Part shown: one piece after another, positions 26,979 through 35,383 of the stretch
Layout of the letters: each line of letters starts with the position of its first letter
Numbering within the stretch: position 1 is the stretch's first letter
NCBI GenBank assembly: GCA_028821395.1
Contig: JAPPGP010000044.1
Span: 6,196 to 70,195 of the forward strand
Direction: 5' to 3'
From: Defluviicoccus sp.
GTDB taxonomy: Bacteria; Pseudomonadota; Alphaproteobacteria; MPNO01
Length of the DNA stretch: 64,000 nucleotides
Made by a program: the position numbers and the translations under genes
Notes under the pieces: model-generated
What the model was told of the DNA's origin: nothing
What the model saw: only the letters and a program-made list of their open reading frames with translations
The model's database searches: none

Positions 26979-28547
26979 TCACGCGTGTGCCCGCTGCGTC
27001 TCGCGCCATTGGGCGAGAAGCGCCTGGCGGTCCATCTTGCCGCGCTCCGACTTGGGGAGCGCGTCCAGGAAGATCGCCCGCTTCGGGCGCTTGGCGAGCG
27101 GGAGCGCGCTCCCGCAATGGCTAAGGACCGCCGCCTCGTCGAGCGTCGCGCCGGGCTTCGGCACAACATAGACCACGACTTCCTCGCCGTAGATCGGATC
27201 GGGGACGCCGACGGTCGCCGCCTCTGCGACCCCCTGCATCTGCAGCACCAAATTGTCGATCTCGGTCGGCGCGATGTTGATGCCGCCCCGGATGATCAGG
27301 TCCCTGGCCCGCCCGGTGATGTAGAGATAGCCCTCGGCGTCGAGATAGCCGAGATCGCCGGTCCGCGCGCGGCCCCGCGAATTGACCCGGTAGCTCCCGT
27401 CCTCGGCGAGGTAGCGGAACTCGTTGTCCGGGTGGCGGCCCATCTCGATGGCGCCGATCTCGCCGGCCGGCAGCGGGTTCCCCGCCTCGTCGACGATGGC
27501 GAGGTTCTGGTAGGCGTGCGGCCGGCCCACCGAGCCCATCCGCCTGGTGCGCTCGTTGGAGCCTGCGATCCAGCCGGTCTCGCTGGTGCCGCAGCCCTGG
27601 GCGATGCGGATTCCGTACATCTCCTCGAACGCCTTCCAGTCGGCCACCATCAGCGCGGCCGAGCTCGAGGTGATATAGCGGAGATGCGGCAGGTCGGCGC
27701 CGGAGATCGCGATCGGCCGATTGACCAGCATGTTGATCGCGGTCGGGTTGCAGGCGGCGATGGTGATGTCGAAGTCGCGGATCCAGGCGAAATAGCGGCT
27801 CTGCGAGAACTTGCGCGCCATGTAGAGCGTGGCGCCGCGCGCGAGAGGACCGAGGAAGCTCAGCACCTGCGCCGACATCCAGTTATAGGAGCGAAAGTCG
27901 AGCACCCGGTCCCCCTCCCCGATTCCGAAGGCGTCCGCGGTGGGCTCCACGTTCTCCAGCAGCTCGGCGAAGCTGCAGACCACGCCTTTGGGCTTGGAGG
28001 CGGTGCCGGAGGTGTAGAAGATCGAGGCGACGTCGCCATAGGCGTTGAGCGGGGTCCGTGGTGCGCCTTGCGTCCGCGCGAGCTCGGCGAAGAAGCCGTC
28101 CCCGTTATCCCACCGCCCGAGCGCCCGCCACTCGCCGGGCGCGGACGCGGCCAGCGCGTCGAGGCCGAGCGCGTCCTCGTGGAGGGTCAGCGCGGGGTCG
28201 AGGGCGCGCAGGATCTCGCCCAGATGGGCCCGGTTCATATCGACCTGCACCGTGCAGACCGTGGCGCCGTGGCACATCGTGCCGAGATAGACGATCAGGT
28301 GTTCGAGCGAGTTGCCCGACAGCAGCGCCACCCGGTCGTTGGCGCCGATCCCGCGCGCCCGAAGCGCGGTGCCGACCCGCCCGGCGAGGTCATGCATCCC
28401 GGCAAACGAGATCGCGCGGCCCTGGTCGATGCTGTGCACGAAGGTCTTGTCCGGAAGCCGCGACGCAGCCTCCTCGAGCCAGGCGAGAAGCGCATGTTCC
28501 CTCGGCCGCGCCGAAGCCGGCGCGGGGCGTGGAGCCGGTTGCGACAT
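26979..28547 (-). CDS. AMP-dependent synthetase/ligase (acyl- or aryl-CoA ligase)
   Basis: 522 aa from ATG 28547 (MSQPAPRP...). It has the AMP-binding motif IFYTSGTASKPKGVV, TGDLGYLDAEGYLYITGR and a C-terminal K. The ORF-track start at 29144 is an Arg-rich extension. Confidence 0.85.
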   Translation of the reverse strand: MSQPAPRPAPASARPREHALLAWLEEAASRLPDKTFVHSIDQGRAISFAGMHDLAGRVGTALRARGIGANDRVALLSGNSLEHLIVYLGTMCHGATVCTVQVDMNRAHLGEILRALDPALTLHEDALGLDALAASAPGEWRALGRWDNGDGFFAELARTQGAPRTPLNAYGDVASIFYTSGTASKPKGVVCSFAELLENVEPTADAFGIGEGDRVLDFRSYNWMSAQVLSFLGPLARGATLYMARKFSQSRYFAWIRDFDITIAACNPTAINMLVNRPIAISGADLPHLRYITSSSAALMVADWKAFEEMYGIRIAQGCGTSETGWIAGSNERTRRMGSVGRPHAYQNLAIVDEAGNPLPAGEIGAIEMGRHPDNEFRYLAEDGSYRVNSRGRARTGDLGYLDAEGYLYITGRARDLIIRGGINIAPTEIDNLVLQMQGVAEAATVGVPDPIYGEEVVVYVVPKPGATLDEAAVLSHCGSALPLAKRPKRAIFLDALPKSERGKMDRQALLAQWRETQRAHA

Positions 28548-28639
28548 GGTCCCGGGGTGAACCTCTTGACGCGATTCCGCAGTGCCGGCGGCCAGCCTAG
28601 GGTCGCAATTCCTCCCGGTAAAGGGCGTATCCGGCGGCG

Positions 28640-29209
28640 CTACGCGTCGGCCGGGCGGACGCGTTCGAGCTTGTCGATCCAGTGGGCGGGCAAGCCGTGA
28701 GCGCGGGCGCCCTCGCGCAACAATGTGATGTAGCGGAGCGACGGCCGCCCGTCGGTTTCGCCGCCCGCGGCAACATAGGCGACCGCCTCGATCGGGCGTC
28801 CCTCGGAATCCTCGGCATCCAGCCATAGCGGGCGATAAAAGCCTCCGGGCACGCCTTCGGTGCTGTTCAGCCGGACGAGATCCCGCCTGCTGATCCGGTA
28901 GACCACCCCCCAGACCTCGTCGCCGGCGCTGGGCTCGATATTGGCGGGCGCGGCCCGGCCCCTCGGTCGGCCTTCCAGGTTGAAGCGCAGTCGATAGCCC
29001 TCGATCCGGCCCACCCGCCATTCGACGGGGCGCATGCCGCGGCGTTCGCGGAACACGCCGTCGTGCATGTTGGCGCCGAAGGCGAAATACCAGATCTTCT
29101 CGTCCGGCGCGCCGGCGAGCGACAGCCCGTGGAGACGGTACCACAGCTTCGACAGCCGCCAGGATCGGGCGATAGCGCGCCGCAAGCGGCGCCTCATCCT
29201 CCAGAACAT
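28640..29209 (-). CDS. Gamma-glutamylcyclotransferase/AIG2-like family protein; start uncertain
   Basis: YFAFGANM...GYRLRFN...WGVVYRI matches the GGCT-like fold signature. It has an Arg-rich N-terminal extension. The start could be ATG 29209 or a downstream Met. Confidence 0.6.
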   Translation of the reverse strand: MFWRMRRRLRRAIARSWRLSKLWYRLHGLSLAGAPDEKIWYFAFGANMHDGVFRERRGMRPVEWRVGRIEGYRLRFNLEGRPRGRAAPANIEPSAGDEVWGVVYRISRRDLVRLNSTEGVPGGFYRPLWLDAEDSEGRPIEAVAYVAAGGETDGRPSLRYITLLREGARAHGLPAHWIDKLERVRPADA

Positions 29210-29395
29210 CTCACGCCCTCGCCGCACCCTTCGCCATAAGCGGTTGAAATCCTGTTGCTTTCGGTTTCGAATTCTGCTGCCGGGGAAGCCGGTCCGCAAC
29301 CGTCCCGGATCGCTTTCGCCGGGCGAGGGTGGCACCTCGATACCGAAGACCCTAAGCTCGCCGGCGCGGTGCCGCCGCGCAGAGATTGTCGCCCA

Positions 29396-29431
29396 ATCAA
29401 TTGTTGACAATTAAACAATTGATGGTTAAAT
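29396..29431 (+). promoter_or_regulatory. AT-rich promoter/operator upstream of boxC
   Basis: Perfect 10-bp inverted repeat ATCAATTGTT (29396-29405) and AACAATTGAT (29414-29423) with an 8-nt spacer. TTGACA (29404-29409) sits in the left arm, then 16 nt, then TTAAAT (29426-29431). Confidence 0.45.
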
Positions 29432-29479
29432 AATCTTCGTGGAGGCGCAAACCGGCGACGTTTCTATCCGGAGGGGGCA

Positions 29480-31174
29480 ATGGCTGAGACCGCTGGCGAT
29501 GTCCGGACCGCCGAAGAGACCGGGCGGATCGACATCCAGACCCGGCCCGACGCCTATCGGCACTGGAGGCTGAGCATCGACGGCAGTGTCGCCAGGCTGG
29601 CGATGGATGTCGACGAGAGCGCGACGCTCGCGCCGGGCTATGCGCTCAAGCTCAACTCCTACGACCTCGGCGTCGACATCGAGCTCTACGACGCGATCCA
29701 GCGCCTGCGCTTCGAGCACCCCGAGGTGGGCTGCGTCGTCGTCACCTCGGACAAGCCCAGGGTGTTCTGCGCCGGCGCCAACATCAACATGCTCGGCCAG
29801 TCCTCGCACGCCCACAAGGTCAATTTCTGCAAGTTCACCAACGAGACCCGCAACGGGATCGAGGACGCGACCGAGAATTCGCGCCAGACCTTCATCTGCG
29901 CGATCAACGGCACCGCGGCGGGCGGCGGCTACGAGCTGGCGCTTGCCTGCGACTACATCATGCTGATCGACGACGGCTCCTCGACGGTCTCGCTGCCCGA
30001 GCTCCCGTTACTCGCAGTCCTCCCCGGCACCGGCGGGCTCACCCGGCTGGTCGACAAGCGGAAGGTGCGCCACGACCACGCCGATTTCTTCTGCACCACC
30101 TCGGAAGGCATGCGCGGCAGGCGGGCCGTCGACTGGAACCTGATCGACGAGCTCGTCCCCGGCGCCCGTTTCGACGAGATCGTGGCCGAACGCGCCGCGG
30201 AATTCGCCGACCGGTCCGACCGCCCCAGGGACGCGGAGGGTATCGCGCTCGCCCCGCTGGAGCGGACCATCGAGGCGGCGCGCATCTCCTACGACCACGT
30301 GACCGTGGAGCTCGACCGGGCGGGGTCCACCGCCACCATCGTCATCCGCGCGCCCGCGGCCGCGCCGCCCGCGACCGCAGCGGGAATCCACGCCGCCGGC
30401 ACCGCGTTCTGGCCGCTCGCGCTGGCCCGCGAGCTCGACGACGCGATCATGGAGCTCAGGCTCAACGAGCAGGAGATCGGCACCTGGGTGTTCAGGACCG
30501 CGGGCGACCCGGCGATGGTCGCCGCCGCCGACCGGGCTCTGCTGGACAACGCCGGGGACTGGCTGGTGCGCGAGACCACGCTCTATCTCAAGCGCGTGCT
30601 CAAGCGGGTCGACGTGAGCTCGCGCAGCCTAATCGCGCTGATCGAGCCCGGGACCTGTTTCGCCGGCACGCTCATGGAGCTCGCACTCGCGAGCGATCGT
30701 TCCTACATGCTGGACGGCGTCTTCGAGGGCGGCAACGAGCCGCCCGCGACGGTGCTGCTGACCGGCATGAATTTCGGCCCCTACCGGATGTCGAGCGGGC
30801 TCACGCGGATCGAGAGCCGCTTCCTCGCCGCGCCGGACAGGGTGAGCGAGGCGAAGGAACGCCTCGGCGAGCCGCTCGAGGCCGGGGACGCCGAGGCGCT
30901 CGGGCTGGTGACCTTCATCCCCGACGACATCGACTGGGAGGACGAGATCCGCATCGCCATCGAGGAGCGCGCGAGCTTCTCGCCCGATGCGCTGACCGGC
31001 ATGGAGGCGAGCCTCCGCTTCGCCGGTCCCGAGACCCTGGAGACCAAGATCTTCGGGCGGCTGAGCGCGTGGCAGAACTGGATCTTCCAGCGGCCCAACG
31101 CCGCCGGCGAGCACGGCGCGCTCAAGCTCTACGGCACCGGCCGCAAGAGCCAGTACGACAGACGAAGGGTTTGA
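29480..31174 (+). CDS. boxC: Benzoyl-CoA-dihydrodiol lyase (2,3-epoxybenzoyl-CoA dihydrolase)
   Basis: 564-aa crotonase-superfamily protein with BoxC-type sequence (LKLNSYDLGVDIELYDAIQRLRFEHPEV, FCAGANINMLG, NFCKFTNETRNGIED), located immediately upstream of boxB. Confidence 0.85.
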   Translation: MAETAGDVRTAEETGRIDIQTRPDAYRHWRLSIDGSVARLAMDVDESATLAPGYALKLNSYDLGVDIELYDAIQRLRFEHPEVGCVVVTSDKPRVFCAGANINMLGQSSHAHKVNFCKFTNETRNGIEDATENSRQTFICAINGTAAGGGYELALACDYIMLIDDGSSTVSLPELPLLAVLPGTGGLTRLVDKRKVRHDHADFFCTTSEGMRGRRAVDWNLIDELVPGARFDEIVAERAAEFADRSDRPRDAEGIALAPLERTIEAARISYDHVTVELDRAGSTATIVIRAPAAAPPATAAGIHAAGTAFWPLALARELDDAIMELRLNEQEIGTWVFRTAGDPAMVAAADRALLDNAGDWLVRETTLYLKRVLKRVDVSSRSLIALIEPGTCFAGTLMELALASDRSYMLDGVFEGGNEPPATVLLTGMNFGPYRMSSGLTRIESRFLAAPDRVSEAKERLGEPLEAGDAEALGLVTFIPDDIDWEDEIRIAIEERASFSPDALTGMEASLRFAGPETLETKIFGRLSAWQNWIFQRPNAAGEHGALKLYGTGRKSQYDRRRV

Positions 31175-31176
31175 CC

Positions 31177-32604
31177 GTGGCGATCAACTACAACGAGCGG
31201 ATCCCCAACAATGTCGACCTCGCCGACAACCGGCGGCTGCAGCGCGCGCTGGAAGCCTGGCAGCCCGAGTTCCTGAGCTGGTGGCACGAGCTCGGCCCCG
31301 AGGGGACCAGGAACTTCGACATCTACCTGCGCACCGCGATCAGCGTCGAGCCCGAAGGCTGGGCGCATTACGACTTCGTCAAGATGCCGGACTACCGCTG
31401 GGGAATCTTCGTCAACCCGGAGACGCCGGACAAGAAGATCTCCTTCGGCGAACACCAGGGCGAGGACGTCTGGCAGGAGGTGCCGGGCGAGTACCGTTCG
31501 ACGCTGCGCCGCCTGATCGTCACGCAAGGCGACACCGAGCCCGCCTCGGTCGAGCAGCAACGCATGCTCGGGCTCACCTGCCCGTCGCTCTACGACCTGC
31601 GCAACATCTTCCAGGTCAATGTCGAGGAGGGGCGGCATCTCTGGGCGATGGTCTACCTCCTGCACGCCTATTTCGGCCGCGACGGACGCGAGGAGGCGGA
31701 AGCCATGCTGGAGCGCCATTCCGGCGATCCCGACAAGCCCCGCATCCTCGGCGCCTTCAACGAGAAGACGCCGGACTGGCTGTCCTTCTTCATGTTCACC
31801 TATTTCACCGACCGCGACGGCAAGTACCAGCTCGCCTCGCTCGCCGAATCCGGCTTCGACCCGCTGGCCCGGACCTGTCAGTTCATGCTGACCGAGGAGG
31901 GCCACCACATGTTCATCGGCGAGACCGGGGTCGGACGGGTGATCCAGCGCACCTGCGAGGTGATGAACGAGCTCAAGACCGACGACCCCGAGCGGGTGCG
32001 CGCGGCCGGCGCGATCGACATGCCGACCCTGCAGAAGTTCATGAACTTCCACTTCAGCGTGTCGCTCGATTTGTTCGGCCAGGAGCTCTCGACCAACGCG
32101 GCGAGCTACTTCAACCAGAGCCTCAAGGGCCGCTTCCAGGAAACCGCGATCGAGGACGACCACCGCCTGCTCGACGGCACCTGGCCGGTCCACGTCGTGA
32201 AGGGGGACGAGATCCTGCTCGAGGACCAGCCGGCGCTGAATGCGGTCAACGAGCGGCTGCGCGAGGAGTACATCAAGGACTGCCAGCGCGGCATGACAAG
32301 GTGGAACCGCCACATCAAGCGGTCCGGCATCGACTTCCAGTTCAAGCTGCCGCACCGCGCCTTCGACCGGCGCATCGGCAACTTCGCCGATGTCCGGGTC
32401 TCGCCCAGGGGCAGGATCCTGTCCGAGGCGGAGTGGACGCGTCGCCACGGCGACTGGCTCCCCAACGAGGAGGACCGCGGCTTCGTCCAGTCGCTGATGA
32501 AGCGAGTCGTCGAGCCCGGCAAGATCGCGAGCTGGGTGGCGCCGCCGGCCCGGGGCATCAACCACGAGGACCCGTCGACCTTCGACTACGTCCGCTTCAG
32601 CTAG
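31177..32604 (+). CDS. boxB: Benzoyl-CoA 2,3-epoxidase, di-iron oxygenase subunit B
   Basis: 475 aa from GTG 31177 (VAINYNERIPNNVDLADNRRLQRALE...). Di-iron ExxH motifs: NVEEGRHLWAM and LTEEGHHMFIGE. Confidence 0.9.
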   Translation: MAINYNERIPNNVDLADNRRLQRALEAWQPEFLSWWHELGPEGTRNFDIYLRTAISVEPEGWAHYDFVKMPDYRWGIFVNPETPDKKISFGEHQGEDVWQEVPGEYRSTLRRLIVTQGDTEPASVEQQRMLGLTCPSLYDLRNIFQVNVEEGRHLWAMVYLLHAYFGRDGREEAEAMLERHSGDPDKPRILGAFNEKTPDWLSFFMFTYFTDRDGKYQLASLAESGFDPLARTCQFMLTEEGHHMFIGETGVGRVIQRTCEVMNELKTDDPERVRAAGAIDMPTLQKFMNFHFSVSLDLFGQELSTNAASYFNQSLKGRFQETAIEDDHRLLDGTWPVHVVKGDEILLEDQPALNAVNERLREEYIKDCQRGMTRWNRHIKRSGIDFQFKLPHRAFDRRIGNFADVRVSPRGRILSEAEWTRRHGDWLPNEEDRGFVQSLMKRVVEPGKIASWVAPPARGINHEDPSTFDYVRFS

Positions 32605-32614
32605 GGAGACGGCG

Positions 32615-33898
32615 ATGAGCGAAGCGCTCAACGAGATCGACGCGACGGAGGCCGCGGCGCGGCTTGCCGACGGGAGCGCCACGTCGCGCGCTCTGGTAAC
32701 CGCCTGCCTCGGCCGCATCGCCGAGCGCGACGGCGAGATCGGCGCCTGGGCGCATCTGGAGCCCGCCCATGCTCTCGGCCAGGCCTGCATGTCCGACGCC
32801 GCGGGCTCCGGGCCGCTCAGGGGCATACCGGTGGGGATCAAGGACATCTTCGATACCGCCGACCTGCCGACCGAATACGGCTCGCCGATCCACCGGGGTC
32901 ACCGCCCGGCGCGCGACTCCGCCTGCGTCGCCGCGCTCAGGCGGGCCGGCGCGGTGATCCTCGGCAAGGCGACCACGACGGAGTTCGCGAGCCCGGTACC
33001 GGTCGGGGTCAAGAATCCGCGCGATTTCGCGCGCAGCCCCGGGGTCTCCTCCTCCGGCTCGGCCGCGGCGGTCGCCGATTTCATGGTCCCCGTCACGCTC
33101 GGCAGCCAGACCGGCGGTTCGATGATCATGCCGGCCGCCTCCTGCGGCGTGGTCGGCTACAAGGCGAGCCTCGACGGGATCGACCGCGGCGGGCTCCGCC
33201 ATGTGCGTGCGAGCCTCGATACCATCGGCATCTTCGCCCGCTCGCCGCGCGACATCGCGCTGGTCCGCGCGGCGATGACCGAGGCGCCGCCGGTCTCTTT
33301 CGACGAGGCGCCCGGCGCGCTCCGCGTCGCCGTCTGCCGCGCGCCCAACTGGGAAGACGCGGAGCCCGCGACCGTCGAAGCGGTCGACGCGGCGGAGGCG
33401 GCGCTCGACCGGGCGGGGGCGCGGGTGACCGGCATCGACCTGCCGCCGGTCTTCGATGCCGTCGAAGACGCTTTCCGGATCGTCACTGCGGTCGAGGGCG
33501 GGCGCTCGCTCGCCTGGGAGATCGCCGGTCACCGCGACCGGCTCAACCACTGGATCCGGGACCAGGTCGCGATCGGCGAAGGCGCGTCCGATGCCGATTA
33601 CGCCGCGGCCCAGGAAACCGCCGCGCGATGCCGCGCGGCGATGGCGGGAATTTTCGATCGCTTCGACTTCGTGCTGACGGCGAGCGCGCCGGGCGAGCCG
33701 TCCGACGATCTGACGGGGATCCAGAAGTCCTCGTTCAACCGGGTGTGGACATTGATGCACGGCCCCTGCATCACCATCCCCGCATTCGCCGGCCCTAACG
33801 GCCTCCCGGTCGGCGTCCAGCTGGTCGGCCCGATCGGCGCCGACGACCGGCTGATCCGGCTCGCCGACTGGGTCTGGCGGGCAATCGAGGCGCGGTAG
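32615..33898 (+). CDS. Amidase-signature (AS) family amidase
   Basis: 427 aa with GIPVGIKD and GVSSSGSAAAVA...GSQTGGSMIMPAASCGVVG (Ser-cisSer-Lys signature). It starts 10 nt after the boxB stop. Confidence 0.85.
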   Translation: MSEALNEIDATEAAARLADGSATSRALVTACLGRIAERDGEIGAWAHLEPAHALGQACMSDAAGSGPLRGIPVGIKDIFDTADLPTEYGSPIHRGHRPARDSACVAALRRAGAVILGKATTTEFASPVPVGVKNPRDFARSPGVSSSGSAAAVADFMVPVTLGSQTGGSMIMPAASCGVVGYKASLDGIDRGGLRHVRASLDTIGIFARSPRDIALVRAAMTEAPPVSFDEAPGALRVAVCRAPNWEDAEPATVEAVDAAEAALDRAGARVTGIDLPPVFDAVEDAFRIVTAVEGGRSLAWEIAGHRDRLNHWIRDQVAIGEGASDADYAAAQETAARCRAAMAGIFDRFDFVLTASAPGEPSDDLTGIQKSSFNRVWTLMHGPCITIPAFAGPNGLPVGVQLVGPIGADDRLIRLADWVWRAIEAR

Positions 33899-33917
33899 AG
33901 ACCCGGTCGCGGACGCC

Positions 33918-34280
33918 TCAGGCGGCGCTGCTCTTGCGCATCAGATACGCCGCCGTCAGATGCTCGGCGCAGAACTGGCGCCCCGGCTGGACCGTCTTGC
34001 CGCAAATATGGAGTCCGAAGCGGCCGGGCTCGGGGATCTGCCAGCGGCACATCCAGCCCTTGACCTCGGGCATCGGCGTGATCGGGTAGTCGATCCGCGG
34101 CGGCGGCGGTTCGGGCATCGGCTCGGGCGTCGGCGTTCCGCGCTGGAGGTTGAGGCGGTGCGCCTTGCCGATGACGGCGTTCCGCGTTACCCCGCCGAGC
34201 TTGTCGGCGATCTGGCGCGCCGACAACCCGTCCGACCAAAGCCGAACCAGGCTGTCAACCCTCTCCGGTGTCCAGGTCAT
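33918..34280 (-). CDS. gcrA: GcrA-family cell-cycle regulator (compact, 120 aa)
   Basis: MTWTPERVDSLVRLWSDGLSARQIADKLGGVTRNAVIGKAHRL is the GcrA N-terminal DNA-binding domain. It is followed by a Pro-rich linker and the C-terminal CRW...FCAEH..AY motif. Confidence 0.8.
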   Translation of the reverse strand: MTWTPERVDSLVRLWSDGLSARQIADKLGGVTRNAVIGKAHRLNLQRGTPTPEPMPEPPPPRIDYPITPMPEVKGWMCRWQIPEPGRFGLHICGKTVQPGRQFCAEHLTAAYLMRKSSAA

Positions 34281-34485
34281 CGATCCCCCCTTAGTGGCAC
34301 GCTACATATCGTGTCTTGTGGAAATATGACAACTATATGTCGTTTTTGAGAGGACGCAAGAGGGTTTTCCCGATTTTCACAAAATCCTGCGGCGCCCGAT
34401 TGGATAACGGTCGCCGCGCTTCGCCTCCGCCCTCGACTCGAATAGCAAACTGGGTAGCTTGTCCCGATCCGAGAGGAGGACCCCA

Positions 34486-35367
34486 ATGCACGACCGTTCC
34501 GTACCCAAGACCCGGGCTCTCGCCGACCGGCTGCGCTCCGGCGAGTTCATCGCCGCGCCCGGCGTCTACGACATGATCTCGGCACGCGTCGCGGATTCGA
34601 TGGGCTTTCCGGCGATCTACATGACCGGGTCCGGCGTCGTCGCCTCGCATCTCGGCCTGCCCGATGCCGGGATCGCCACCTATACCGAGATGGTCGCCCG
34701 CGCCGGCCAGATCGCGGCCGGCACGAAGACCCCGCTGATCGCCGACGCCGATACCGGCTACGGCGGCACCGTCAACGTCCGCCACACGGTCCAGGGCTAC
34801 GAGCGCGCCGGCGTCGCCGCGATCCAGATCGAGGACCAGGCCTTCCCCAAGAAATGCGGCCACACCGAGGGCATGCGCCTGATCCCGCTGGAAGAGATGG
34901 TGCGCAAGATCAGGGTCGCGCTGGATTCCCGGCTCAGCGAAGACTTCCTGGTCATCGCGCGCACCGACGCCCGCAAGGCCGCGAGCCGGGACGAGGCGCT
35001 GCGCCGGCTGGAAGCCTTCCAGCAGGCCGGCGCCGACATCCTGTTCTACGAGGCACCCTCATCGGTCGAGGAGATGGAGGAGGCCGCGCGGCTGCTCGAT
35101 GCCCCGCTGATGGCCAATATGGTGGAGGGCGGTCTGACCCCGGTACTCACCCCGGACGCGCTGGCGGCGATCGGGTTCCGTGTCGCCATCTTCCCGGCCG
35201 CCGGCTTCCTCGCGGCCACCGAGGCGCTGAGCCGGGTCTACCGCGCGCTGCGCGATCACGGCTCCTCCGGCGCCGCCGATACCGCGCTTCACCCGTTCGC
35301 CGACTTCAACGAGTTGATGGGCTTCCGGGAGGTGATCGCCTTCGAGGGCCGTTTCGAAGCGCAGTAG
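34486..35367 (+). CDS. Isocitrate lyase/PEP mutase superfamily enzyme (2-methylisocitrate lyase / oxaloacetate decarboxylase-like)
   Basis: Starts at ATG 34486 after GAGAGGAGGA. Motifs: YMTGSG, ADADTGYGG, IEDQAFPKKCGH and ARTDA. Confidence 0.85.
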   Translation: MHDRSVPKTRALADRLRSGEFIAAPGVYDMISARVADSMGFPAIYMTGSGVVASHLGLPDAGIATYTEMVARAGQIAAGTKTPLIADADTGYGGTVNVRHTVQGYERAGVAAIQIEDQAFPKKCGHTEGMRLIPLEEMVRKIRVALDSRLSEDFLVIARTDARKAASRDEALRRLEAFQQAGADILFYEAPSSVEEMEEAARLLDAPLMANMVEGGLTPVLTPDALAAIGFRVAIFPAAGFLAATEALSRVYRALRDHGSSGAADTALHPFADFNELMGFREVIAFEGRFEAQ

Positions 35368-35383
35368 AGCGGGTTCCCCGGGC

